Source: an uncultured Chloroflexia bacterium (GTDB taxonomy: Bacteria; Chloroflexota; Limnocylindria; Limnocylindrales; CSP1-4). Taken from it: a stretch of DNA of 64,000 bases. Of the stretch, positions 37,911-49,278 are shown piece by piece. A model generated the notes under the pieces. It saw only the letters and a program-made list of their open reading frames with translations, ran no database searches and was not told the origin of the DNA. The DNA lies in the NCBI GenBank assembly GCA_963833285.1, contig CAWHXM010000005.1:285324-349323 (forward strand), given 5' to 3'. Numbering within the stretch: the first letter of the stretch is position 1; every line of letters begins with the position of its first letter. The position numbers and the translations under genes are program-made.

Positions 37911-38959
37911 TCAGCCGCCCATCGCGAACATCTCGATCCTGGGCAGGGTCGAGGTCGCCGCCGAGCGCAGCTCGGAATAGCGATCGCCACGCGCGACCCA
38001 GATCGACTCGATGGCGGCGGTCAACTCGTCGTCACTCGCTCCCGAGCGCAGTACCGAGCGCAGATCGTGACCCTCGACCGCGAAGAGACACGTGTAGAGC
38101 TTGCCCTCGGCCGAGATCCTCGCGCGCGTGCAGTCGCGACAGAACGGCTGGGTCACAGACGAGATGACCCCGAACTCCCCGGCGCCGTCCAGATAGCGCC
38201 AGCGGCCGGCGACCTCGCCGCGGTACGACGGTTCGGCCGGCTCGATCGGCCACGCCGCGGCGATCGTGTCGATGAGGTCCGCGGCGGGGACGACCTCGTC
38301 GAGCCGCCAGCCGTTCGAGTGACCCACGTCCATGTACTCGATGAACCGCAGGATCACGCCCTTGTCGCGGGCCCAGCGTGCCATCGGCAGGACGCTCTCC
38401 TCGTTGATCCCGCGCCGGACGACCATGTTGACCTTGACCGGCGCGAGACCCGCCTCGAGCGCCGCGTCGATCCCGTCAAGCACCCGGGCGACCGGGAATT
38501 CGATCCCGTTCATCGCACCGAAGACCGCGTCGTCGAGCGAGTCGAGGCTGACCGTGACGCGCTGCAGGCCGGCCGCCGCGAGAGCGCCAGCGAGCGGGCG
38601 CAGCGCGGATCCATTGGTCGTGAGGGTCAGGTCGATCTCGCCGCCATCGGGACGGCGGATGTCGGCGAGCATCGCGATGAGGCTCGGCAGGTCGCGCCGG
38701 ACGAGCGGCTCGCCCCCGGTGATCCGCAGCTTCTCGACGCCGAGCGAGACGAACGACCGGGCGGCCCGCGCGATCTCCTCGAAGGTCAGGACCTGGTCGT
38801 GCGGCAGGAAGACGTAGTCACGGCCGAACACTTCCCTGGGCATGCAATACGTGCAGCGGAAGTTGCAGCGGTCGGTCACCGAGATGCGCAGGTCGCGCAT
38901 GGCTCGACCGAGGGTATCGGTCGGGCCCGCGCGTCCGTCGAAGGTCGTGTCAGCTCCCA
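37911..38959 (-). CDS. moaA: GTP 3',8-cyclase MoaA (radical SAM)
   Basis: CNFRCTYCMP radical-SAM cluster motif and MoaA C-terminal Cys motif (CRDCTRARISAEGKLYTCLF). Confidence 0.9.
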
Positions 38960-39022
38960 TCGGACCCATGGTAGACCGAACCGCGCGGATGGCCGGCGTG
39001 GTGCATCGCGGACACGCACGGC

Positions 39023-39050
39023 GGTACCACCGGCGCAGTCCTCTGGTACC
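39023..39050. promoter_or_regulatory. second copy of the GGTACC-N16-GGTACC paired motif, in the moaA / coiled-coil gene divergent region
   Basis: cGGTACCaccggcgcagtcctctGGTACCa, with the same 22-nt centre-to-centre spacing. Confidence 0.35.
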
Positions 39051-39151
39051 ACTAGTCAACTGCACCTCACCGACCCCCGCTGCCACGATGCGCTCAGCCG
39101 TGGACGTCGGATCGACCCGCCTGACGTCCCCACTACGAGGATCGAAGACCC

Positions 39152-40489
39152 ATGTCCCAGACCGACACGCGACCTGGCTTCAGGCTTCCATGGACGGCGG
39201 AGCGGAGTGATTCCGGCCAGCCGGGCCAGACGCCCGGTGACGCGCCGTCCGGAGAGCCTGCCGTGGAGCAGACCGCAGAGCCGGCCGCCGAGTCGACCGG
39301 AGAGCCGACCGAGGAGCCTGTCGCCGTGGACGATCCCACCCTTGCCGAGGAGCACGTGACGCCCGACATGACCGATGCGACCGCCATCTCCGCAGCCCGC
39401 CGGCCGACCAAGTTCATGGCCGATCTCAGCCGGGCGATGCAGACCGCGGCTGAGTCCTCGCGCGACGAGACCATGACCCGCTTCGCGGCCGAGGCGAAGG
39501 TCGCGGTCGAAGAGATCCGCACCGGCTCGGCCGACGAGGCCGCCGCGCTCCGCCGCCGCGCCGACGACGACGTTGCCGCGGTGCGCGAGTGGTCCAAGGC
39601 CGAGATCGCCCGCATCCGCGAGGAGACCGACGCGCGGATCGTGGCCCGCAAGTCGGCGCTCGACGGCGAGATGGATGCATTCGCGGCGATCGTCGAGGCG
39701 CGCGTCGAGCGGGTCAACGCGACCGTCACCGAGTTCGAAGCCGAGATGTCCGACTTCTTCGAGCGCCTGCTCGCGGAGCAGGACCCGACCCGCATCGCGA
39801 CGATGGCGCAGGCCATGCCGGATCCGCCCGACCTGGCGGCGATCGCGGCGACGGTGACCGAGGCCGCGCCGCGACCGGTCCCGACCCCGGAACCGCAGTC
39901 GATGGAGCCCGAGGCTTCGCCGGATGCCGAGAGCGCCGTCGAGATCGCGGGCGAGACCGCGGCCGAGACCGAGCCACTGGCTGAGGCCGAGGCCGGGGCG
40001 GCCCCCGCCGGGGACGAGACGCCCGTCGTCGACGCCGCCGGCGTCGAACCCGAGGCGACGACCACGACCGATCCCGACTTCGCCGCCGCGGAGGCCGAAG
40101 CCGCCGCGCTCAGCGGTGACCTCGACAACGACGACGGCCTGACGTCGCTCGGCGCCGACCACGGCGATACGCCCGTCGAGGACGCCCCGGCCCCGAGTCC
40201 GGCGGGACGCCACGCCGGCGACCGCGTCACGACCCGGGTGGTCGTGCTCGGCCTCGTCAGCGTGGCCAGCATCGCGACCTTCAAGCGCAGCCTCGGCCGT
40301 GTGTCGGGGGTCTCGGCCATCGGTGTCGCGTCCGGACCCGACGGCGAGTTCGTGTTCACCGTCAGCCACGACTCCGGGCTCGCCCTGGGCGAGGCCATCG
40401 GCGCCCTGCCCGGCTTCGACGCCAAGATCACCGCTGAGACGCCCGACGGCCTCGAGGTCGCCGCACACGACCCCGACGCCGGCGACTGA
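39152..40489 (+). CDS. hypothetical acidic coiled-coil protein with a C-terminal 80-aa alpha/beta domain
   Basis: Heptad-rich central region (AAESSRDETMTRFAAEAKVAVEEIR ...), a Glu/Ala/Pro/Thr acidic low-complexity segment, and a C-terminal VVVLGLVSVASIATFKRSLGRVSGVSAIGV...FVFTVSHD module. Confidence 0.6.
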   Translation: MSQTDTRPGFRLPWTAERSDSGQPGQTPGDAPSGEPAVEQTAEPAAESTGEPTEEPVAVDDPTLAEEHVTPDMTDATAISAARRPTKFMADLSRAMQTAAESSRDETMTRFAAEAKVAVEEIRTGSADEAAALRRRADDDVAAVREWSKAEIARIREETDARIVARKSALDGEMDAFAAIVEARVERVNATVTEFEAEMSDFFERLLAEQDPTRIATMAQAMPDPPDLAAIAATVTEAAPRPVPTPEPQSMEPEASPDAESAVEIAGETAAETEPLAEAEAGAAPAGDETPVVDAAGVEPEATTTTDPDFAAAEAEAAALSGDLDNDDGLTSLGADHGDTPVEDAPAPSPAGRHAGDRVTTRVVVLGLVSVASIATFKRSLGRVSGVSAIGVASGPDGEFVFTVSHDSGLALGEAIGALPGFDAKITAETPDGLEVAAHDPDAGD

Positions 40490-40515
40490 CCCCACCGTCC
40501 CCGAGGAGTCGACCC

Positions 40516-41748
40516 GTGGCCCGTCCTGCCGTCATCGTCGCCCTTCCTCCCAACGAGGCCATCCCGGTCTCGACGGAGCTGCTCATGGCCGGCTTCGAGG
40601 TCATGGAAGTCGAGGATCCCCGTGCCCTCGAGGAGGCGCTCGAGGTCCGGCAGGACGTCGCGCTGGCCATCCTCGACGGCGAGGGCGACCCCGATGAGGC
40701 GCGCGCCTACGAGGCGGCCCTGCGCGACGCCGGCCGTCCGATCGCCGCACTGACGGTCGTCTCGCAACGCGCCCTCGAGCGCCTGACCGCGCTCGATACC
40801 GGCGACGACACCCTGAACGAATACTTCACCAGGCCGTATTCGGCCGATTCGATCCGCTGGCGCGTCGAGGCGATGTGCATCCGGCGCGAGACCGTCGACG
40901 ACGGCAGCGGACCCATCCTCCAGGGCGGCGACTTCGGGGCCGGGACCTGGGGCGGGAAGGCGACGACCATCGCGGTCTTCAACCCGAAGGGTGGCGTCGG
41001 CAAGACCACGGTCGCCACCAACCTGGCCGCCGCGCTCCAGATGCGGAAGGGCAAGTCGGTCCTGCTCATCGACGCCGACACGGTCACCGGTCATGTGACC
41101 TCGTCGCTCGGGATCGACGGCGTCCGGACCGTGGCCGACAACTGGCGCGACGAGGCCGAGGGCGGGCCTTCCGAGGCGCTCTACGACATGGCCGCGGCAC
41201 ACGGATCGGGGATGCGTGTCATCGCCCTGACCGACTCGCCGCTCCATACCGACGTGCTCGATCCAGCGCGGATGGCGGCCGCGATCAAGACCGCTCGCGC
41301 CCGGGTCGACGTCATCGTCGTCGACCTGCACCCGTCGTACAGCTCCCTGAACCAGGCGATCTTCAGCGAGGCGGACCGCATCCTGGTGCCCGTCACCCCG
41401 GACGTCCCGGCCATCCGCGCCGCCGTCCAGCTGCGCGACGTCGCCCGCGGGCTGGGTTGCCGCGAGCGCCTTGCGATGGTCGTCAACCGCGCCAACAGCG
41501 GCGTGTCGGTCGAGGACATGGAGACCACGGTCGGGATGCCGGCCCTCGCGCTCATCCGGTCCGGCGGGCTGCTCTTCGTGCGCGCCGCCAACGAGGGCCG
41601 CACGGTCATCGAGATGTTCCCGCGCGAGAAGATCACCAGCGAGTTCGACACGCTCGCGGACCGCGTGCTCGGCACGCCCAAGCCGACGCCGGCGGCGAAG
41701 GCCGGCTTCCGGGTCCTGCCCCGGGTCAAGGAGGCTGCGCGCGCCTGA
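40516..41748 (+). CDS. TadZ/CpaE-like protein: atypical receiver domain fused to MinD/ParA-type ATPase
   Basis: The N-terminal receiver-like fold lacks the acidic pair; the ParA deviant Walker A is FNPKGGVGKTTVATNLA. No tad/cpa pilus genes are adjacent. Confidence 0.75.
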   Translation: MARPAVIVALPPNEAIPVSTELLMAGFEVMEVEDPRALEEALEVRQDVALAILDGEGDPDEARAYEAALRDAGRPIAALTVVSQRALERLTALDTGDDTLNEYFTRPYSADSIRWRVEAMCIRRETVDDGSGPILQGGDFGAGTWGGKATTIAVFNPKGGVGKTTVATNLAAALQMRKGKSVLLIDADTVTGHVTSSLGIDGVRTVADNWRDEAEGGPSEALYDMAAAHGSGMRVIALTDSPLHTDVLDPARMAAAIKTARARVDVIVVDLHPSYSSLNQAIFSEADRILVPVTPDVPAIRAAVQLRDVARGLGCRERLAMVVNRANSGVSVEDMETTVGMPALALIRSGGLLFVRAANEGRTVIEMFPREKITSEFDTLADRVLGTPKPTPAAKAGFRVLPRVKEAARA

Positions 41749-41766
41749 CCCGCGGTCAGGCCCGTG

Positions 41767-42414
41767 TCAGCGGGACCGGTCGGTCCAGTTGACGCCGCCC
41801 ATCGATGACCCGGGCAGCTTCTCGTGGCGCTCCCCCGTCCGGACGTCGACCTGCTCCACCCCGCGCAGGTACTGGCGATTGACGAGGACGGTCGGATAGG
41901 TGGCCGTGCCGATCTGGGTCTGACCGAGCAGCGCCGTGGCATCGACGATGGGCACGAACATGTCCGATGAGCGCTGGAGCAGCGAATCGGGCTCCGAGCC
42001 CGGATAGAGATAGACGGTGCCGATGACCCGGTAGGGCGGCGCCTCGAGGGCCACTTCGTAGGACACCTTGTGGACCTTGTGCGCGCTGCGCTCGTCGGCG
42101 TTCGCCTCGGGCAGCGAATCGTCGCCGGTCAACACCAGGACGAGGTCGTACGGGTCCACCGACTTGAGCCCGGGCGCGGGCGCCATCGCCTGCGTCCCGT
42201 CGGCGGGCGCCCAGGTGACGTCCTCGATGTCGATCGGCTCGCGCTTGTTGAGGGCGTCCGACAGGCGCCCGTCGATCATCATCCGCCCGACCAGGCGCCA
42301 GTCCTCGGTCATCCCGTCGAACGGGATGCCCGTCCGGCCGCTCTTGGGCACCTCCGGCGAGGCGTCGGCCCCGACCGGCGGGGTCTTCCGCCGCTTCAGG
42401 AAATCGAACGGCAC
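41767..42414 (-). CDS. conserved hypothetical protein
   Basis: Balanced composition with W, Y and K usage; ends 1 nt before the acs start. Confidence 0.5.
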   Translation of the reverse strand: MPFDFLKRRKTPPVGADASPEVPKSGRTGIPFDGMTEDWRLVGRMMIDGRLSDALNKREPIDIEDVTWAPADGTQAMAPAPGLKSVDPYDLVLVLTGDDSLPEANADERSAHKVHKVSYEVALEAPPYRVIGTVYLYPGSEPDSLLQRSSDMFVPIVDATALLGQTQIGTATYPTVLVNRQYLRGVEQVDVRTGERHEKLPGSSMGGVNWTDRSR

Positions 42415-42415
42415 G

Positions 42416-44380
<1,965 letters not shown>

Positions 44381-44516
44381 CGGTCTCCTCGTGTTCGTGG
44401 GCCGACTGGCCCGAGCATCGTACCGCGCCGCATGGGCAGGCGCGACCGGTACGCTCGTCCAGGTGTGCGGCGAACAGTTCGGTCGGCGCCGAGGCGCCGA
44501 GACCTCGATTTGACGG

Positions 44517-45449
44517 TCAGTCGGTGTCCTGGGCCAGGTCGTCGTCGTCAGGTGCCGGGGCGGGTCGCGCCGGGGCCGGATCGGGGACGGCCAGGTCGCC
44601 CAACGGCCGGGCGATCTCGATGCCGTTCGTCCGGAACGCGTCGAGCAGGCGACGCCGGAAGTCGCTCGCGGCGGACCACTGGTCGGCCGCCCGGACGGTC
44701 CCCAGGATCTTCATCGTGACGCCCGCCTCGGCAAGGTCGGCGATGCGCTCGACTCGCGGGGCATCGAGGACGCGGCGGCGCCAGACGGGATCCGCAGCCA
44801 TCGTCCGGCCGACCTCGTCGACGACCTCGATCGCGCGCTCGATATCGGTGCCGTGGGCGACCGTCACGTCCTGGTTGATCCGCGACCAGACGCGAGTCAG
44901 GTTCGACGCCACCTTGATCTCGCCGTTGGGGACGGTGTGGACCACGCCGTCGAGGTCGCGCAGGGTCGTCCGCCGCAGCGTGAAATCCTCGACCGTGCCC
45001 TCAACCCCGGCAAGGCGGACGACGTCGCCGCGCGAGAACTGGTTCTCGATGAGGATGAGCGAGCCGCTGAGGTAGTCGCGGACGAGGAACTGCGCACCGA
45101 ACCCGACCGCGATCCCGACGATGCCGAGGCCCGCGACGGCGGGCCCGATGTCGAGCCCGACCTGGCCCAGGATCATCAGGAACGCGATGACCACGATGAA
45201 GAACTGGAGCGCGTTGGCACCGAGCGAGTCGAGTGTGTCCATCCGCTTCTTGAGCTCGACCGCGCTCAGCTCCTGGGCGGTGCCCTCGGCCGCTTCGCGG
45301 TCGAGCAGCGTCTTCACGACACCGTGGACGAACAGCCGGGCGAGACGCAGCGCCACGTAGGCCGCGACGATGATCAGGAGGACCGGCAGCACCTCGTGGC
45401 GCACGAAGTCGGCGATGTCGCTCCAGGGTGACTTGGCGAGGTCGGGCAT
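44517..45449 (-). CDS. mscS: small-conductance mechanosensitive channel, MscS family
   Basis: Three TM helices followed by the MscS beta-domain signature ([34 protein letters not shown]). Confidence 0.85.
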   Translation of the reverse strand: MPDLAKSPWSDIADFVRHEVLPVLLIIVAAYVALRLARLFVHGVVKTLLDREAAEGTAQELSAVELKKRMDTLDSLGANALQFFIVVIAFLMILGQVGLDIGPAVAGLGIVGIAVGFGAQFLVRDYLSGSLILIENQFSRGDVVRLAGVEGTVEDFTLRRTTLRDLDGVVHTVPNGEIKVASNLTRVWSRINQDVTVAHGTDIERAIEVVDEVGRTMAADPVWRRRVLDAPRVERIADLAEAGVTMKILGTVRAADQWSAASDFRRRLLDAFRTNGIEIARPLGDLAVPDPAPARPAPAPDDDDLAQDTD

Positions 45450-45480
45450 CGCGGCACAGCCTAGCGCGCCGACCGGAGCG

Positions 45481-46251
45481 TCAGGCGGCGGCCCCGCCGA
45501 GCCGGACCGAGATGGCCGCCGCCGCCTCGCGCGCCTGGGCCGCCAGCTCGGGGATGCGCCGTGGGGTCAGCCGGAAGGCCGGGCCCCAGATGTCGACCGC
45601 GGCGATCACGTTGCCGCGCGCGTCGTGGACGGGCGCCGCGACCGCGTTGAGCCCGAGCTCGTATTCCCCGATCGCCGTGGCGTACCCACGCCGGCGGATG
45701 CGCGCCAGCTCCTCGAGGAGCGGCTCGAGCTCGACGATCGTCCGTTCGGTGAAGCTGACGAGGCCGCGTCGGACGACGCGCAGCACCTCGCGTTCGGCGA
45801 GCGACGAGAGGAGGACCTTGCCCGACGCGACGCAATGGAGCGGCGTCGCCCGGCCGGTCCAGTCACCGACGGCGATGAGGTTCGGGCCGTCGACCTGGGC
45901 GACCGCTAGCATCGAGTCGCCGTCGAGGATGCCGAGCCCGGTCGTCTCGTGGGTCAGGCGGGCGAGCCGTTCGAGCTCGGGCAGTGCGATGCCTCGCAGG
46001 TCCAGCGTCCGCTCGGCCCGCTCGGCCAGCCGGATCACGACGAGCCCGAGGCGGTACTTGCCGGTCTCCCCGTCCTGTTCGACCAGTCCCCGTCTCTGGA
46101 GGGTCGCGAGGAGACGCGATGCGGTCGACTTGTGGAGGCCCAGCCGACGGGCGAGCTCGGTGACCCCGGCCTCACCCTGGCTCTCGCCGAGGGCGAGGAG
46201 GAGCGCCGCCGCTCGATCGACGGATCGGACCGCGTTGCCGTCGAGGACCAT
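45481..46251 (-). CDS. IclR-family transcriptional regulator
   Basis: N-terminal wHTH (VTELARRLGLHKSTASRLLATL) plus IclR effector domain. Confidence 0.85.
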   Translation of the reverse strand: MVLDGNAVRSVDRAAALLLALGESQGEAGVTELARRLGLHKSTASRLLATLQRRGLVEQDGETGKYRLGLVVIRLAERAERTLDLRGIALPELERLARLTHETTGLGILDGDSMLAVAQVDGPNLIAVGDWTGRATPLHCVASGKVLLSSLAEREVLRVVRRGLVSFTERTIVELEPLLEELARIRRRGYATAIGEYELGLNAVAAPVHDARGNVIAAVDIWGPAFRLTPRRIPELAAQAREAAAAISVRLGGAAA

Positions 46252-46265
46252 ATCGCCCGGGCCTT

Positions 46266-47669
46266 TCAGTGGGAGCCGTCCACGGCGCCGAAGCCGACGT
46301 GTGGCGTCTCGATCGACTGGCCCCCGGCGCGAGCGTCGAGGGCCGCGTCCAGTGAATCGGAGAAGATCGAGATCACGCGATCGATGGTGTCGCCGCCGGC
46401 GTGCGCCTCGCACATGAACCACGGTTCGCGCGAGTCGGGCTCGGGCATCGCCCCGCGGGCATGCATCCCGACCGCGATCGCGTCGTACAGCTCGTGGTCG
46501 GTGTTCGCCCAGTCCCGGTATTCGCTCGGGTCCACGTCGGTGAACATGATCCCGAACATGCACGGATGGCCGGTGAACACGTACGGCAGGCCCTTCGGAT
46601 CGAGGACCTGGCGAAGGCCGGCCTGGAGGCGCCGACCGGTCTCGTGGACGGTCTCGAGCGCGTTCGTCTCCTTGAGGATCGTCAGCGTCTTGACCGCGGC
46701 GGCCGCCGCGACCCGATTGCCGGCGTACGTCCCCCCGTGGCTGACCTTGTCGGGGAGGACGCTCATGACCTCCTCACGGCCGCCGAAGGCCGCGGCCGGG
46801 TAGCCGTTGCCCATCGCCTTCGCGTACGTCGCCAGGTCCGGTGTGACCCCGAAGAATTCCGCCGCGCCACCGCGGGCGAAGCGGAAGCCGGTCTTGACCT
46901 CGTCGAAGATGAGCAGGATCCCGAACTCCTCGGTCAGCGCGCGCATCGCCTGGTGGAAGCCCGGCCTGGGCAGGATGGCCTGGGCGTTGCCCAGGACCGG
47001 CTCGACGATGATCGCCGCGATCTCCTCGCCACGCTCCTCGAACAGGCGCCGCAGGCGCTCGATGTCGTTGTAGCGGGCCGGGATGATCGTGTCGGCCACC
47101 GCGTCGGGGATGCCCCGGCCCCACGCCAGCCGCACCGGCGCATCCGCATCACCCAGGTCGGACATGTCGTCGGGCGAGACGCTGATCAGCGCGTAGTCGT
47201 GGACCCCGTGGTACTGGCCCTCGAACTTCACGATCTTGTCGCGGCCGGTATAGGCTCGCGCCACGCGCATCGCGTGCATCGTCGCCTCGGTCCCGGACAC
47301 GGTCATCCGGACCTTGTCGACCCAGCCGGTCAGCTCCCTGACCAGCTCCATCGCGACGACCTCGTCCTCCGAGGTCAGCGAGAAGGAGACGCCCTTGCGC
47401 ATCCGCTCGTTGACGTAGTCGTCGACGCGCTCGTCCGCGTGGCCGAGGATGACCGGGCCATAGCCCATCCGCAGGTCGATGTACTCGTTGCCGTCGATGT
47501 CCCAGACCATGCCGCCCTTGCCGCGGTCGACGTAGACCGTGTCGTCGCCCCAGGCGCGGAAGTTCGAATCCGTGCCGCCAGGGAGGGTGCCGCGCGCACG
47601 CTGGTACATCGCGGTCTGCGCCTCGCGGCGGAGGGAGGGGGTCGAGCGGGCGGCGGGCTCGGTGGCCAT
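46266..47669 (-). CDS. class III (omega-type / GSA-aminomutase-like) PLP aminotransferase
   Basis: FDEVKTGFR PLP-lysine motif and a conserved class III N-terminus. The upstream 53 codons of the listed ORF are not called. Confidence 0.8.
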   Translation of the reverse strand: MATEPAARSTPSLRREAQTAMYQRARGTLPGGTDSNFRAWGDDTVYVDRGKGGMVWDIDGNEYIDLRMGYGPVILGHADERVDDYVNERMRKGVSFSLTSEDEVVAMELVRELTGWVDKVRMTVSGTEATMHAMRVARAYTGRDKIVKFEGQYHGVHDYALISVSPDDMSDLGDADAPVRLAWGRGIPDAVADTIIPARYNDIERLRRLFEERGEEIAAIIVEPVLGNAQAILPRPGFHQAMRALTEEFGILLIFDEVKTGFRFARGGAAEFFGVTPDLATYAKAMGNGYPAAAFGGREEVMSVLPDKVSHGGTYAGNRVAAAAAVKTLTILKETNALETVHETGRRLQAGLRQVLDPKGLPYVFTGHPCMFGIMFTDVDPSEYRDWANTDHELYDAIAVGMHARGAMPEPDSREPWFMCEAHAGGDTIDRVISIFSDSLDAALDARAGGQSIETPHVGFGAVDGSH

Positions 47670-47873
47670 GAAGTTCCTCGGTGGGGGGTTGGCGACCCGG
47701 TCTGCGGGACGGTCGTTGCGCGTGGCGGGACACGGGGCCGCGCCCATCCTGCCACGGCCGGCTGACGCCGTCAACGCGATTCTCGCGACTCGTCGGGAGG
47801 CAACGTGCGAATCACGTAGGGCCCGCACCGTAGAGGTGCGGGATGCGCGGTCACGTCGGTGTCACCATGGTGT

Positions 47874-47883
47874 CATGGCTACC
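47874..47883. promoter_or_regulatory. perfect 10-bp palindrome CACCATGGTG immediately upstream of the FAD-oxidoreductase start codon, in the divergent region shared with the aminotransferase-iclR operon
   Basis: ggtgtCACCATGGTGtcATGgct; a hairpin CCCGCACCgtagaGGTGCGGG lies 35 nt upstream. Confidence 0.4.
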
Positions 47884-47885
47884 TC

Positions 47886-49242
47886 GTTCTGGCTGCGCGG
47901 CGACACGCCGGCCATGGATCCGCCACCGGTCGAGGACGGTGCCTGTGACGTCGTCGTCATCGGTGCCGGGTTCACCGGGCTGTGGTCGGCGCTGGCCCTG
48001 ACCGACACGGACCCCGGACTGCGGGTGGTGGTCCTCGAGGCGGAGTCGGTCGCCTTCGGCGCGAGCGGGCGGAACGGTGGCTTCACCGAGGCTTCATTGA
48101 CGCACGGCCTGGCCAATGGCATCCGTCACTTCGACGACGAGCTGGACCGGCTGGAGGCCGAGGGGCTGGACAACCTGCACGAGCTCATCGCGTTCACCCG
48201 CGATCACGCGATCGAATGCGACCTGGAGGAGACCGGGACGCTGCGCGTGGCCGACCAGGCTTTCCAGGTGGACGAGTTCCGCGCCTGGCTGGACCAGGCG
48301 GCGGCGCATGGCGAGCACCTCGAGTTCATGGACCGTGCGACCGTCCAGGCCGAAGTCCACTCCCCGCTGTGGCAGGCCGGGCTCCATCGGCCGCCCGGGC
48401 GCGATGCGCTGCTCGATCCGGCGGCGCTGTGTCGCGGTCTCGCGCGCGTGGCGCGCGAGCGCGGCATCCGGATCCACGAGCTGACGCGCGTGACCGGGCT
48501 GGAGCGGGTCGCCGGTGGCGTGCTGGTCGCCACGGCCGTCGGCGTCAGGTTCCGGGCGGCCCACGTCGTGGTCGCCACCTCCGCCTACTCGGGATGGCTG
48601 CGGCGGCTCGGCGGCCTGTTCGTCCCGGTCTACGACTACGTCATCGTGTCGGAGCCGCTGACGCCGGACGAGCGCGAGGCCGTCGGCTGGAAGCGGCGCC
48701 AGGGCCTGTCGGACGCCAACAACCAGTTCCACTACTTCCGGCTGACCGCCGACGACCGGATCCTGTGGGGTGGCTACGACGCGATCCACTACTTCGGAGG
48801 CCGCGTCGGGCCGGAGCTCGATGACCGGCCGGCGACGTATCGCAAGCTGGGGGCCCAGTTCGCGCGCGCGTTCCCGCAACTCGAGGGGCTTCGCTTCCCG
48901 TATCGCTGGGGTGGGGCGATCGACACGACGACGCGTTTCACGGTCACCTTCGGCCAGGCCATGGGCGGACGGCTGACCTACGCCCTCGGCTACACGGGGC
49001 TGGGCGTCGGCGCGAGCCGCTGGGCCGGCGGCGTCGTGCGCGACTTCATCCTCCGCCCCGACGAGGACCGGCTCCGGCTGCGGATCGTGGGGAGTCCGCC
49101 GGTCCCCTTCCCGCCCGAGCCGCTGCGCTCGCTGGCGGTCAACCTCGTCCGCCACGAGCTCGATCGAGCGGATCGCGACAACGGCCGGCGGTCGGTGCTG
49201 CTCCGGACGCTCGACGCGCTCGGGATCGGCTTCGACTCTTGA
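47886..49242 (+). CDS. FAD-dependent oxidoreductase (DAO / glycine-oxidase family)
   Basis: N-terminal dinucleotide motif DVVVIGAGFTGLWSA ... GASGRNGG. Confidence 0.8.
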
Positions 49243-49278
49243 AGTGGCGCACAAGCTGGCGTGGCGATTCTCGGTTTC

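Noticed and set aside
36299-38167. 622-aa plus-strand ORF across the punA and moaA region
   Set aside because: Antisense to two well-supported genes (PNP, MoaA); composition is RP-rich with no domain signal.
44381-44516. Possible regulatory RNA between mscS and acs
   Set aside because: The region is adequately explained by an mscS terminator hairpin (CTCGGCGCC-tc-GGCGCCGA) plus a TACGAT -10 and GAGGAG Shine-Dalgarno for acs.
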